In this document: positions 1 to 10,445 of the stretch, one piece after another
Layout of the letters: each line of letters opens with the position of its first letter
How positions within the stretch are numbered: position 1 is the first letter of the stretch
NCBI GenBank assembly: GCA_963712745.1
Contig: CAVQJC010000017.1
Coordinates: forward strand, 96,001 to 160,000
Length of the DNA stretch: 64,000 nt
Direction: 5' to 3'
Origin: an uncultured Chloroflexia bacterium
Lineage (GTDB): Bacteria > Chloroflexota > Limnocylindria > Limnocylindrales > CSP1-4
Notes under the pieces: generated by a model
What the model saw: the letters and a program-made list of their open reading frames with translations, nothing else
Databases searched by the model: none
Told to the model about the DNA's origin: nothing
Translations under genes and position numbers: made by a program

Positions 1-153
1 GGGTCGCGCTACCTTGTCGCCTGCCGCACGGGGGTCAGGGCGGCCATCGCCGCGAGCCTGCTGGATGCGGCCGGCATCGCTGTTCGCCCTGTCGTGGACG
101 GCGGCGTCCCCGCACTTCCGGCGACCGAGCTGGAGCCGATGCGCGGGTCGTGA
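1..153 (+). CDS. Rhodanese-domain protein, C-terminal part (5' partial)
   Basis: Frame 1 reads GSRYLVACRTGVRAAIAASLLDAAGIAVRPVVDGGV..., a rhodanese C-x-x-G-x-R loop; TGA at 151-153; not in the ORF track. Confidence 0.7.
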   Translation, partial: GSRYLVACRTGVRAAIAASLLDAAGIAVRPVVDGGVPALPATELEPMRGS

Positions 154-187
154 CCCACCGGTAGCGCCCTGGTCCGGGCAGGATCAG

Positions 188-535
188 TCAGCGATAGCGG
201 CCGAACTCACTGATGTCGAGCCTATAGCCGGCTCCGTCGGTGATGATCAGACGGCCCTGGCCTGAGTGATAGGTCAGGCTGTCGAGGTCTACCTCGGGTG
301 GCGCGATGAGCAGGACTTCGTTGCCGGTAGCCAGCGAGAAGAGGCGAGTTCGCGAGTCCGGCCGCTGCTCGAAGTTCCCGATCGCGTTGGCGACCCAGGC
401 GTGGCCCTCCACCCGTATCAGCGAGTCGTTGACCGCGGTGACCCTGCCGATGAAGTGCCGGCGCTCATCCTCGGCGAACGCACGCCGCGTGATGACTATG
501 ACGCCCTCTCCGATCGAGATGGTGGCGGGGGTCAT
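188..535 (-). CDS. Hypothetical protein (115 aa)
   Basis: Protein-like composition; AAGGAGG SD upstream of the ATG. Confidence 0.7.
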   Translation of the reverse strand: MTPATISIGEGVIVITRRAFAEDERRHFIGRVTAVNDSLIRVEGHAWVANAIGNFEQRPDSRTRLFSLATGNEVLLIAPPEVDLDSLTYHSGQGRLIITDGAGYRLDISEFGRYR

Positions 536-809
536 GTCTTGAGCCCTCCTTGTCGGTCACCGGCGTCGCGGGTGATGCCACTCCTGGAACGTGCCCTCGC
601 GACCGAGCTTGGCGCCAGTATCGACGACTGCGACGCAGGCCACATCGCCCGTTCAGCCACCTTCACCGGGCCACCGACGGCGCTATCTCTCGCGCCAGCG
701 GCGGATGCGCTGGGGCCGGCACCGGGAACGCGCTCGATCTCACATCGGGGCCTCGAGGGCGACCTTGGTGCAGTAGCAGCGGTTCGCAGTGCGGTAGTCA
801 TCGACTCGT

Positions 810-840
810 TACAAACAATGTACAAACTATGGACATTAAT
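810..840 (+). promoter_or_regulatory. AT-rich direct repeat TACAAAC x2 (11-bp period) upstream of htrA
   Basis: TACAAAC at 810-816 and 821-827 in an AT-rich patch. Confidence 0.45.
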
Positions 841-873
841 CCCGAACCCTGCAACAGGAAGGTCATACCTACC

Positions 874-2158
874 ATGCCTCGCTCCACGTCGCTCATCGCT
901 ACGGCCTCGGTCACAGTGGCGATCGCGGTCGCCGTCGGCCGGCCTCGGCCCGGCCGTCATCGCCCAGCAAGCCCCCCGCTTCGACGAATCAGGTGCGCTG
1001 CTGGCCAACGAACTCAACACCATCGAGGTCGTCGACCGCTTCGGCGACAGCGTGGTCGCCGTCAGTGTCTCGATCAGCGGCGAGGCCAGTTCGCCCTTCG
1101 CCGGGCTGCCCGACAGCCAGGTCCCCGACGACTACCGCCGTTTCCGCGAGTTCTTCGGCGAGGACGCGCCGGTCCAGCAGTCCTCCGGCAGCGGCTTCCT
1201 CATCGCCTTCGAGGACGACCCGTACCTGGTCACCAACTTCCACGTCGTGGAGGCCGCACTGGAACCGCAGACCTCCGACTTCCGTGACGGTGCAGGGATC
1301 AGCGTCACCTTCCCGGCCGACGTCGACGAGCCGGTGGACGTCGACGTGGTCGGCGTGAACCCGTCGTTCGACTTGGCTCTTCTGCGGCTGAGCGACGACT
1401 CCGAGCTGCCCGCCGCCCAACCGCTGACGATCGCTGATTCCGACGGGGTCGAGGTGGGCCAGAAGGCCATCGCCATCGGCAATCCCTTCGGCCTTGAGTC
1501 GACCGTGACCAGCGGCATCGTCAGCGCTCTTGGGCGCTTCGTGCCCACCATCGGTGACGTGCCGGTGCCTATGATCCAGACCGACGCCGCCATCAACCCC
1601 GGCAACTCGGGTGGCCCGCTGCTCGACTCCCGCGGCCAGCTCATCGGCATCAACACCGCGCTCATCAACCCCCAGGGCCGCTCGTTCGCGGGTCTCGGCT
1701 TCGCGGTTCCGAGCAACCTGCTCGTCGAGTCACTGGGCAACCTGGAGCTCGGCGGTGTGACCGACATCGCCAGCACCCGGCCGCGCCTGGGTATCGCCGC
1801 GCAGGCGCTGGACCTGGTGCCCTTCGCGGTGCGTGAGCGGCTCGATCTGCCCGAGGCGGGCGTCGCCGTCATCGAGGTCCAGCCGGGAAGCGTCGCCGAT
1901 CAGGCCGGACTCCGCGGCAGCGACGAGACCATCACCCTCGAGGACGGGCTCGAGATCCCGGCTCCGGGCGACATCATCGTGGCTATCGACGGTGAGCCGG
2001 TGGACTCGGTCGAGGACATCACCCAGAAGGTGACCTACGGCTCCGAGGCCGGTGACGAGCTTCGCTTCAACCTCGTGCGCGATGGGCGTGAGGTCGATCT
2101 CGATATCCTGCTGGAGGTGTCACCGAGCAACGCGGTGGTCCCGGCCGACGTGGGCTAG
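874..2158 (+). CDS. htrA: HtrA/DegP-family serine protease with PDZ domain (+1 frameshift near 937)
   Basis: GSGF, TNFHVV, DLALL and IQTDAAINPGNSGGPL motifs plus PDZ; signal peptide MPRSTSLIATASVTVAIAVAV from ATG 874 (AGGAAGG upstream) lies in another frame. Confidence 0.9.
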
Positions 2159-2248
2159 CAGCATCGGCGGCGCCGTCGGCACCGGTGTCGCCGCGGGCGT
2201 GCGGGCGTCACCGCAGGGGCGTGTGTGTCGCCGCAGGTGGGCGTCCGC

Positions 2249-3877
2249 TCAGGGCATCCGGGCTGTGGCAGCGGTCCCGCCCGGAGGCAACCCGCAGCCG
2301 AGGTCCGTCTCCGGCTCGACACCATCGATGAGGAACGCCTCGATCGCGGCCGCCGCGCACCCGTCGACGAGATAGGCCGGACCGTCCGCGGTCGTCCCAT
2401 CGAAGCCCACGGCCACGCGAGAGCCCAGACGATCCGCAAGCGCCAGCGTCCATGGATTGCTATCGGTGCCCGGTTCGGCGCTGCCGATGACCATGGTGGC
2501 CGGACGAACCGGCGCCGGCGTGTCGTCCCCCGCTGCCGGACCCATCTCTTGGAGTGCCAGCGGCAGTCGTTCGTCCATCGGCGCATCGAGGACCATGGCA
2601 CCCACGTGCTCGGGGAAGAGCGTGGCGTACAGCGCGCCCACGGTCGCGCCGAAGGCCGTGCCGTAGTAGTCGATGACGTCGGCCTCGAGCACGCGGCGCA
2701 CGATGTCCAGGTCTCGCGCGAGGTCCGCGTAGGCGGCAGCCTCGCTCCTCTTCGCCCGACGCGGGTCGAAGGCCACCAGGTCGTAGTGCGCGAGCAGACG
2801 CTCGCTGGCGGCGGTCGCCACGCGTCCCATGAGTTCGCTCGCGGGACGGCCGAGTCCGTCGGGGCCGATGACGAGCGTGCCCTCGCGTTCGCCGCTGGCG
2901 CGGATGCGGTAGAGGCGGACGGCCTCCTTCCCGCTCGCCGGCGCGTCATGGTCGGGCGGCACCCGGATGGTGGCGCACTCGAGACCATCACACGAGGTCC
3001 ACTCGGGTGTCTGTTCCAGGAACCGGGCAAGCGGGTCGACCGGGTCCTTGCGCTTCGGTGCGGCCACCTCGGCTCGTCCGCCTGTGAGGCGCGGGGGTTT
3101 GGCCTTCTTGCCGTAGCCGGGCAGGCGCGGTGGCGGGCACTCCACCTTTGCCTCCGTGCCGCGCTTGCCGGCAAGGAGGCCCTCGAGCGTGGCGAAGCGG
3201 TATCCATCGCACGCGTAGCGGGCGATGACGATGGGCAGGATGCGTGGCGTCACGGCCGGGCCGCAGTGCATCAGGATGATCGAGCCCGGGCGGCCGGACA
3301 GGGCGCGCGCGGCGATGCCGCGGTCGGTGGCGCGCGGCGAAGTGTCGGCGGCTGATACGTCCCAGTTGACCACGCGGTAGCCCAGCTGCTCCGCGACCCG
3401 CAGCACGCGTTCGTCGTAGGCCCCGAAGGTCGGGCGCAGGATGCGCGTCATGGGCACGCCGGTGACGCCCTCGATCTTCCGCTGGTTGGTCAGCAGCTCC
3501 TTCCGGATCTGCCGGGCGGACATGCCCACCAGCGACGGGTGGTGCATGGTGTGGTTGGCGATGGGGAAGCGCTTGCCGATGCTGCGCCAGACCTCGGGAG
3601 CGTTGACCACGTAGACGCCGTTGGGGAACCAGGTCGCGGGCACCCCATACGAGGTCAGGATGTCGGCGATCTCGAGGCAGCGCTGGGCGGCGTAGCCGTC
3701 GTCGAAGGTGAGCGCCACCGTCCGATGCTCGTCAGGGCCGCGGTCGATGACCCCGCTTGCCGCATCGGCTTTCGGTGCGCCCAACGCCCCGAGCAGCAGC
3801 GCGGTGACCAGGCCGACCAGCAGCGGTGCCAGGGCCAGGGGTCGAGCCGCAGGGGAGAACTCGCGTTTCATGCCCAT
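2249..3877 (-). CDS. Secreted polysaccharide deacetylase (NodB) fused to a degenerate TAP/Hip1-like alpha/beta-hydrolase
   Basis: Signal peptide; TFDDG, NHTMHH, RPTFG and LMH motifs; C-half WTSCDGLECATIRVP...FDPR...YYGTAFGAT...MVLDA. Confidence 0.8.
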   Translation of the reverse strand: MGMKREFSPAARPLALAPLLVGLVTALLLGALGAPKADAASGVIDRGPDEHRTVALTFDDGYAAQRCLEIADILTSYGVPATWFPNGVYVVNAPEVWRSIGKRFPIANHTMHHPSLVGMSARQIRKELLTNQRKIEGVTGVPMTRILRPTFGAYDERVLRVAEQLGYRVVNWDVSAADTSPRATDRGIAARALSGRPGSIILMHCGPAVTPRILPIVIARYACDGYRFATLEGLLAGKRGTEAKVECPPPRLPGYGKKAKPPRLTGGRAEVAAPKRKDPVDPLARFLEQTPEWTSCDGLECATIRVPPDHDAPASGKEAVRLYRIRASGEREGTLVIGPDGLGRPASELMGRVATAASERLLAHYDLVAFDPRRAKRSEAAAYADLARDLDIVRRVLEADVIDYYGTAFGATVGALYATLFPEHVGAMVLDAPMDERLPLALQEMGPAAGDDTPAPVRPATMVIGSAEPGTDSNPWTLALADRLGSRVAVGFDGTTADGPAYLVDGCAAAAIEAFLIDGVEPETDLGCGLPPGGTAATARMP

Positions 3878-4154
3878 CGAGCGACCGGTTCCGTTCTCTC
3901 GGTTCAAGATACGGCTCGACCATAGCACCGGCCGGCACACCGGGCCGCGAGTCAGGCGAACGTAGCGTCAGCGGCCGACGACCGAGCCCACGTTCAGTCT
4001 GTCTCGCGAGGTGCGACGCGTGCGCCAGGTGCAACAGTCCGACCGGTCCGACGGGACGGAAGTCGTGGTTCGCTTGATTTCGTGCGCGCGATGCATGGGG
4101 GCGTCGCTGTCGTGCGCAGGATGCAAAGCGTCGGCAGCGTCGATTCTCCGAACG

Positions 4155-4276
4155 TCGCGCTCATGCATGACATGCACGAACCCCCGATTCGCGCTCATGC
4201 ATGACATGCACGAACCCCCGATTCGCGCTCATGCATGACATGCACGAAGCCCCGATACGTGCACGAAGCCCCGATT
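4155..4276. repeat. 34-bp tandem repeat, 3 copies plus a partial, palindrome-rich
   Basis: TCGCGCTCATGCATGACATGCACGAACCCCCGAT at 4155, 4189 and 4223; partial copy 4259-4276. Confidence 0.95.
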
Positions 4277-4325
4277 GGGTTGCTCGCTTGCTCCCATAGC
4301 CACCGATGGCACCACCTCCTGGGCC

Positions 4326-4928
4326 TCAGACCCCGGAACGGACGTCTGCCAGCGCCTCCGGGACGAACGAGATGTCGCGGAAGGTAGCCTCACAGCCTTC
4401 GCCGGTGGGCGACTGGGCCAGGAAGCCGACCTCCACGGGCCCGATCTCGCCCAGGCCGAAGTAGCGGACCATGTCCCAGCCATGGCCATCGGCCGAGTAG
4501 TGGAAGGCGAAAGCCCGCCCCAGCCGCGAGACGCGGAGCCAGACCGAGTCGCCCACGATGGGCACGGAGTTGCAGTCATCCGACTCACCCCGTGTCACCA
4601 CCGAGACGACCATCACTCGGCCGTCCGGCGCCAGCTCCAGGCACAGCTTGGCCCACGTCCGCTCATCGGCATGGACTACCAGCACGGCTGCGTCGAACGT
4701 CGCCGCGTGCGCCGCCGACACCCGGGCGCGCAGCATCCACGGGTCCTCGACCGGCATCACCAGTGCGGGCGCGTTGCCGACCACGGTCTCACCGGCGGGA
4801 TCGATGAACCAGTCGGTCTTCTCGCCCGCCGTCAGCGAGAGAGCATCTTCGCTGACCGTCCAGCTCTCGGCCGCGTTGATCGCCCGAAGCAGCGCCGGCA
4901 GCGCCGGCACCTCGACGAGGGCGCTCAT
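4326..4928 (-). CDS. DUF1349 (concanavalin-like) protein
   Basis: KTDWFIDP, TFDAAVLVV, WAKLCLE, VSVVTRGESDDC, WLRVSR motifs; ATGA overlap with upstream gene. Confidence 0.8.
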   Translation of the reverse strand: MSALVEVPALPALLRAINAAESWTVSEDALSLTAGEKTDWFIDPAGETVVGNAPALVMPVEDPWMLRARVSAAHAATFDAAVLVVHADERTWAKLCLELAPDGRVMVVSVVTRGESDDCNSVPIVGDSVWLRVSRLGRAFAFHYSADGHGWDMVRYFGLGEIGPVEVGFLAQSPTGEGCEATFRDISFVPEALADVRSGV

Positions 4929-5686
4929 GCCTCGCGGATGTTGTTGGCCAGCCGACCCGTGTTGGCGAGCTCTGCGAGGAAGTGGTTGTCGTGGATCTGC
5001 TGCCACTCCGGCAGAAGCCCAGCCTTGCCGACCTCGGTCGGTTCGTGGCTGTAGCCGGAGTTCTCGCGGATGACCAGCGGGGTGCGGGCATCGCGCGGGC
5101 AGCCGAAGCCGTGCAGGTGCTTGCGCGGCATGAGGAACTTGGGGTCGCCCTTCTTCAGGCGTTGATAGGACGTCAGCAGCTCCCAACTGCCCTCTCGGCC
5201 CTTCGGCAAGACGATGTCGGCGGGCCACGCATCACCCTTCGGCATCGATGTGCGCTGCACGGTCTGCTCGGCCACGATGCCGAGGTCGGGGAAGTCGATG
5301 ACCTCCGGTGCGTAGAAGACGTCCATCTCCCCCAGCACGACCTCGTAGTACTCGGTCTTGCGCCAGTGGAAGTGCGCCGAACAGAACTTCCCGGGGTGAA
5401 CGATCATCAGCTTGTCGCAGAGTCCGCCGAACTCGGCCCAGCCCATCGCGTCCTTGGGCAGGCCATCGACTGCAGGCTCGTTCATCGACTCGAAGATGGC
5501 GAAGACCTCGTATGGCTCACGTGACCACATGCCGTTGACGAAGGCCTGGTACTGGTCGTCGCCAAGGATCAGGCCCGTGCTGTCGTTGATCATCGAATCC
5601 TGCACTGGGTAGCCGCAGGCGATGGCCAGCGAGGCGGCCTCGTAGATCCAGTCGTCGTATTCCCGACGTGTGACGTAGTCGCGCAT
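4925..5686 (-). CDS. D-lyxose/D-mannose isomerase-like cupin (divergent)
   Basis: CDKLMIVHPGKFCSAHFHWRKTE metal-binding cupin motif; inside a sugar ABC operon. Confidence 0.6.
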   Translation of the reverse strand: MRDYVTRREYDDWIYEAASLAIACGYPVQDSMINDSTGLILGDDQYQAFVNGMWSREPYEVFAIFESMNEPAVDGLPKDAMGWAEFGGLCDKLMIVHPGKFCSAHFHWRKTEYYEVVLGEMDVFYAPEVIDFPDLGIVAEQTVQRTSMPKGDAWPADIVLPKGREGSWELLTSYQRLKKGDPKFLMPRKHLHGFGCPRDARTPLVIRENSGYSHEPTEVGKAGLLPEWQQIHDNHFLAELANTGRLANNIREA

Positions 5687-5721
5687 GTCCCACTCCCTTC
5701 TGGCCCCTTCGCGGGCGCCGG

Positions 5722-6717
5722 CTAGGTCAAGAGGCCGCCCATGTAGCGGCGGCGCAGGGCGTCGAGGCCCAGCGCGATGACGATGATCGAACCGACGGCG
5801 ATGTACTGCCAGTACGCGCCGACGTTGTACATGTTCAGCGAGTTGCTGATGAGGGTGAAGAAGAGCGCGCCCGTGAACGTGCCCAGCAGCGTGCCCGAGC
5901 CACCGCGCAGGCTGGTGCCGCCGACCACGGCCGCGGCGATGACGCGCAGCTCGTAGCCCTGCGCCATGATCGCGTTGGCCGACGAGAGGTAGCCGGTGAG
6001 CACGATGGCGGCGATACCGATGCAGATGCCCAGCAGGGCGAAGGCGAAGATGCGGACGCGGTCGACGCGCAGGCCACCGATGCGGCCCGCAGTCTCGTTG
6101 CTGCCGACTGCGCGGATGTTGCGCCCGTAGGTCGTACGGCTCATGACCAGGTGCAGGCCCAGGTACGTCAGCACCATGAGGACGAAGGGGATGGGCAGCT
6201 CGAGGACGTCACCAGTGCCCAGCTGGCGGAAGCCCTTGTCACTGACGCCCACCACCTGGCCGCTGGTGATGATGAAGGCGATGGCCAGGTAGATGTTCAT
6301 CATGCCCAGCGTCGCGATGAAGGCAGGGATCTTGAGCTTGGTCACGACGATGCCGTTGATCACGCCCAGCAGTCCGCCGAGTGCGAGCGCCACCAGGATG
6401 ACGCCCAAGATGCCGATGTCCGGAAGCAGCATGGCGATGACCACGCCGCACAGGCCGAGCATGCCCGCGACGGAGAGGTCGAAGGCGCCGTTGATGATGA
6501 CGATGGTCATGCCCGCCGCACCGATGCCGATGAAGGAGGCCTGCAGCAGGACCGAGAGGATGTTGTTGACCGAGCGGGCGTTCTCGTTGGTGGCGAAGAC
6601 GACGATGACCGCGGCCAGCAGCAGGTACTGGATGGTGTAGCGCGCCAGGCTCCGCTTGAACCACTGCACAGCCGTGCCCGAACCGCCCTGGGTCACCGGA
6701 GGTGCGGCCGCGCTCAC
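5722..6717 (-). CDS. Sugar ABC transporter permease (RbsC family)
   Basis: FDLSVAG, IPAFIATLG, ELRVIAAAVVGGTSLRGG. Confidence 0.93.
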   Translation of the reverse strand: MSAAAPPVTQGGSGTAVQWFKRSLARYTIQYLLLAAVIVVFATNENARSVNNILSVLLQASFIGIGAAGMTIVIINGAFDLSVAGMLGLCGVVIAMLLPDIGILGVILVALALGGLLGVINGIVVTKLKIPAFIATLGMMNIYLAIAFIITSGQVVGVSDKGFRQLGTGDVLELPIPFVLMVLTYLGLHLVMSRTTYGRNIRAVGSNETAGRIGGLRVDRVRIFAFALLGICIGIAAIVLTGYLSSANAIMAQGYELRVIAAAVVGGTSLRGGSGTLLGTFTGALFFTLISNSLNMYNVGAYWQYIAVGSIIVIALGLDALRRRYMGGLLT

Positions 6718-7736
6718 AGCCGGCCCTCCGTCACGGCTCGCTTGATGAGCTCACGTCGCAGGGTGTCGAGCGCAAGGGCGCCGATGAGCAAGAGACCGAG
6801 GGCGAGGTACTGGTAGAAAGGCTCGACCTTCAGGATGTTCAGGGCGCTGTTGATGACGCTGATGAGCACCGCCGCGAGCATCGTGCCGAGCATGCTGGCG
6901 TTGCCGCCCATCAGGCTCGTCCCGCCCAGCACGACGATGGCGATGGCCTGCAGCTCCAGGCCGACGCCGAGCGTGCCGTCCACGATCATCAGCTGCGAGG
7001 TCAGCATCACGCCCGAGAGTGCCGCCGTCGCGCCGACGATGACGAAGACCAGGATCTTGACGCGGTCGATGTGCAGGCCGGTTGCCTCCGCCGCCTTCTC
7101 GTTTCCGCCGATGGCGCAGATGTGCTGGCCGAAGGGCGTGTGTCGCATGACCACCCACAGCACCCCGAACAGGCCGAGTGCGATGAGCACCGGGATGGGC
7201 ACGCCCAGGATCTCGCCGGAGTTGAGCTTGGCGAACTCGGGCTGGTCCATGAGCAGGATCGACTGCCCGTCGGTGATGAGCAGGGCTGCGCCGCGCAGGA
7301 CGCTCATGCCGCCGAGGGTGGCCACGAAGGCGGGCACGCCCAGGCGCGTGATGATGAGCCCGTTGGCAAGGCCTACGCCTGCGCCCAGCAGGATGGTGGC
7401 GCCGATGCTCAGGGGGATGCCGACCGTGCCCAGCAGGATGGCCACGGTACAGGCGGCCAGGGCCTGCAGCGAGCCGATGGAGAGGTCCAGCGCGCCCATG
7501 GCCAGGGCCAGCGTCATGCCCAGGGCCGGCACCGCGGCGATGGCCGCGGTGACCAGCAGGCTGGAGACGTTGTGCGGCGATAGGAAAGCGGGCGTGACCC
7601 AGGTGACCAGGGCTACCACAACCACGATCATCACCAGCACGCCCAGGTTCTCGAAGAGCTGGAAGAAGCGCAGCGCCGAGTTCAGGCCACGCCCGCCTTG
7701 CTCGGCGCCCGCAGCGCCGGAGGCGTTGGAGGTCAT
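6714..7736 (-). CDS. Sugar ABC transporter permease (RbsC family)
   Basis: LDLSIGS, VPAFVATLG, ELQAIAIVVLGGTSLMGG. Confidence 0.93.
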   Translation of the reverse strand: MTSNASGAAGAEQGGRGLNSALRFFQLFENLGVLVMIVVVVALVTWVTPAFLSPHNVSSLLVTAAIAAVPALGMTLALAMGALDLSIGSLQALAACTVAILLGTVGIPLSIGATILLGAGVGLANGLIITRLGVPAFVATLGGMSVLRGAALLITDGQSILLMDQPEFAKLNSGEILGVPIPVLIALGLFGVLWVVMRHTPFGQHICAIGGNEKAAEATGLHIDRVKILVFVIVGATAALSGVMLTSQLMIVDGTLGVGLELQAIAIVVLGGTSLMGGNASMLGTMLAAVLISVINSALNILKVEPFYQYLALGLLLIGALALDTLRRELIKRAVTEGRL

Positions 7737-7738
7737 CC

Positions 7739-9253
7739 TCAGATCCCCATCGTGGCGTGGGCCACGGCGCAGGCGAGGATGTTGTCCTCGTTGAGGCTGG
7801 AACCCTGGAGCATGCCCGTGATGTGGCCGGCGGAGAGCACCAGGCAGCGGTCGCTGACCTTGTCCAGCTCGGGCACGTCAGAGGAGCTGACGATGACCGC
7901 GTTGCCCTCCCGCGCGAGGTCGCGGATGAGCTCGTGGATCTCCACCTTGGTGCCCACGTCCACGCCGCGCGACGGCTCGTTCAGGAGCAGGATGCGCGCC
8001 TCGCTGACCAGAGCACGGCCGAGCATCACCTTCTGCTGGTTGCCGCCGCTGAGCGTGGAGATGAGCTGATCCGGCGAGTGAGCGCGTACCGCGAACAGCT
8101 CCTGCACGCGGGTCCAGGCGCTTCTCTCCGCGCGGTTATCGAGGATGGCTCGTCGGAGGGCCCTCTCGTCGGTGCGAGGCCTCGTGACGACCAGATTCTC
8201 CTGCACGTCGAGGTCGGGAAAGATGCCTTCGGTCTTGCGGTCCTCGGGCAGCATGAAGATGCCTTCGCCCAGGGCGGCCGTGGGGTTGTCGAGCGCGACC
8301 GGCTTGCCGTCGAGTTCGACCTCGCCTCCGCTGCGGCGAAGGATGCCGAAGAGCGTGCGCATCAGCTCCGAGCGGCCCGATCCCACGAGGCCGGCCACGC
8401 CCAGTACCTCGCCGTAGTGGACGTCGAAGGTCAGCGGCCCGAGGCCGCCGCGCGCGGTCAGATCCCTGACCGCCAGCGCCGGCCTTGTCTCCGACGCCAC
8501 CGACTTGTGGACCTCGTGATCCACGAGCTCGCGGCCCAGCATCATGGTGATGACGTCGCGCTCGGTCAGTTCGCCGATGGGCCGGGTGTCCACCCGGCGC
8601 CCGTCACGCAGGACGGTCACGCGGTCGGCGATGCGGAAGATCTCGCTGAGGCGGTGGGAGACGTAGAGGACGGCCACGCCGCGCTCGCGCAACTCCGCCA
8701 CGATCTCGAAGAGCCGGTCGACCTCGGCGCTGTTCAGTGCGGCCGTGGGCTCGTCCATGATCATCACGCGGAAGTCCTGCGAGAGGGCCTTGGCCACCTC
8801 TACCAGCTGCTTGTCGGCGACGCTGAGGTATTCGACACGCAGGTCGGGCTTGGTCTCGAGGCCGAGCTCGCTGAGCAGCTCCGTGGCGCGCCGCTTGACG
8901 AGCGGCCAGTCGATGAAGCCACCACGACGGCGCGGCTCACGGCCCAGGAAGATGTTGGTCGCGATCGACAGCTGGGGGATGAGGTTGAACTCCTGGTTGA
9001 TGACGCTGATGCCGGCCTGCTGCGACTGCAGGGGATCTGCGAAGGTGGCGGTCTCTCCCCGGACCTCGATCGTGCCCGAGGTCGGCTCGTGCTGACCGCC
9101 CAGCACCTTGATGAGCGTGGACTTGCCCGCCCCGTTCTCGCCCACCAGGGCGTGGACCTCGCCCGGCTGCAGCTCGAGGTCGACGTCGTCCAGCGCGAGC
9201 ACGCCCGGGAAGCGCTTGGTGATGTGCTGGGCGGAGAGGATGGGCTCGGTCAA
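7739..9253 (-). CDS. Sugar ABC transporter ATP-binding protein (RbsA family)
   Basis: GENGAGKST, MDEPT, LSGGNQQK; two NBDs. Confidence 0.95.
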   Translation of the reverse strand: MTEPILSAQHITKRFPGVLALDDVDLELQPGEVHALVGENGAGKSTLIKVLGGQHEPTSGTIEVRGETATFADPLQSQQAGISVINQEFNLIPQLSIATNIFLGREPRRRGGFIDWPLVKRRATELLSELGLETKPDLRVEYLSVADKQLVEVAKALSQDFRVMIMDEPTAALNSAEVDRLFEIVAELRERGVAVLYVSHRLSEIFRIADRVTVLRDGRRVDTRPIGELTERDVITMMLGRELVDHEVHKSVASETRPALAVRDLTARGGLGPLTFDVHYGEVLGVAGLVGSGRSELMRTLFGILRRSGGEVELDGKPVALDNPTAALGEGIFMLPEDRKTEGIFPDLDVQENLVVTRPRTDERALRRAILDNRAERSAWTRVQELFAVRAHSPDQLISTLSGGNQQKVMLGRALVSEARILLLNEPSRGVDVGTKVEIHELIRDLAREGNAVIVSSSDVPELDKVSDRCLVLSAGHITGMLQGSSLNEDNILACAVAHATMGI

Positions 9254-9384
9254 GGCACGTTCCCTGGCTGAGGGATGGGGGTGAGCCGGGCCAACGAAAC
9301 GCCGGAGGACCCGGGCGCGGAGGAGTGGACCCGGCTCACCAGGTGGCCGGTCTCAGCGACGCGGAGACCGGCCGATGGAGCCGC

Positions 9385-10369
9385 CTATTCGGCAGGCATG
9401 TACATGTCGACGTTCTCTGCGGTCACGACCTCGACCGGGAAGAAGATCGACTTGGTCTCCGGATCGGAGTACTCGACGGCCTCGCCGGCAAGCATCTGCA
9501 TGGCTGCCTCGACGGCGGCCTTGCCCTGGCCGTACGGATCCTGGCGGATCGTGGCGGCCATCTCGCCGGCGGCGATCAGCTCGAGCGCCGGGGCGTCGCC
9601 GTTGAAGCCGACCAGCAGGACGTCGGAGACGCCGCTCTTGCCGGCCTGCTTCAGGGCCTGGTTGGCACCGATGGCCTCGGGGTCGTTGGTGGCGTAGATG
9701 CCGACCAGGTTCGGGTTGGCCGCGAGCGTGTCGCGGGTGACCTCGAAGCCGCCTTCGACGGTGTCGTTGCCGTTGAGCTCGGCCACGATGGTGAAGTCAT
9801 CGTACTTGGCCATCTCGTCACTGAAGCCGGCGGCACGGACCTCGCCCACCGCGGAACCGGGGTGCAGCAGGATCGAGAGCACTTCCTTCTGGCCCTCGAT
9901 GTCGGCCAGCTGCTCGGCCATGTACTGGGCTGCCAGCACGCCGCCCTCGTAGTTGTCCGAGAGGACGAAGCCGTCGTAGTCGCCTTCGGCACCCACGTCG
10001 CCGATGAGGACGGGGATCATGGCCTCGTGGGCGGCGTCGATGGCCGCCGGCAGCGCGGCCGGCTGTACCGGCGAGATCGACGAGGGCGCTGATGCCCTGG
10101 TTGATGAGGTCGAGGCTGCCGCTGACCTGGGCTTCCTGGCTGCTCTTCTGGTCGGAGAGCAAGAACTCGGCGCCGGCGGCCTCCGCGGCCTCCTGCACGC
10201 CACGTGCGTATTCCTGCCAGTACGGCTGCTGCATGTCATAGACCGAGTAGCCGACCTTGAGCGGATCCTTGGCCTCGAAGGCCATGTCGTCCTGGGCCAC
10301 CACCGCGCCGGCGCTGAAGACAAGACAGGCGGCAGCGGCGATGCTGACTGAGCGGATAGCGGTTCGCAT
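9385..10369 (-). CDS. Sugar ABC substrate-binding protein (frameshift near 10078)
   Basis: N-part (signal peptide, QPYW, LINQGISALV) and C-part (ISPVQP, SDNYEGG, ATNDPEAIGA) are in different frames. Confidence 0.88.
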
Positions 10370-10445
10370 GGTTGATCATCCCCCTAGTGCACTGGCGACG
10401 TGTTTCATCCACGTCTGTGACCAGCTTGTGGTACACGAAGTCTCG

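Noticed and set aside
266-873. 630-aa HtrA with a long N-terminal extension
   Set aside because: The extension overlaps the opposite-strand gene; the real signal peptide starts at 874 in another frame.
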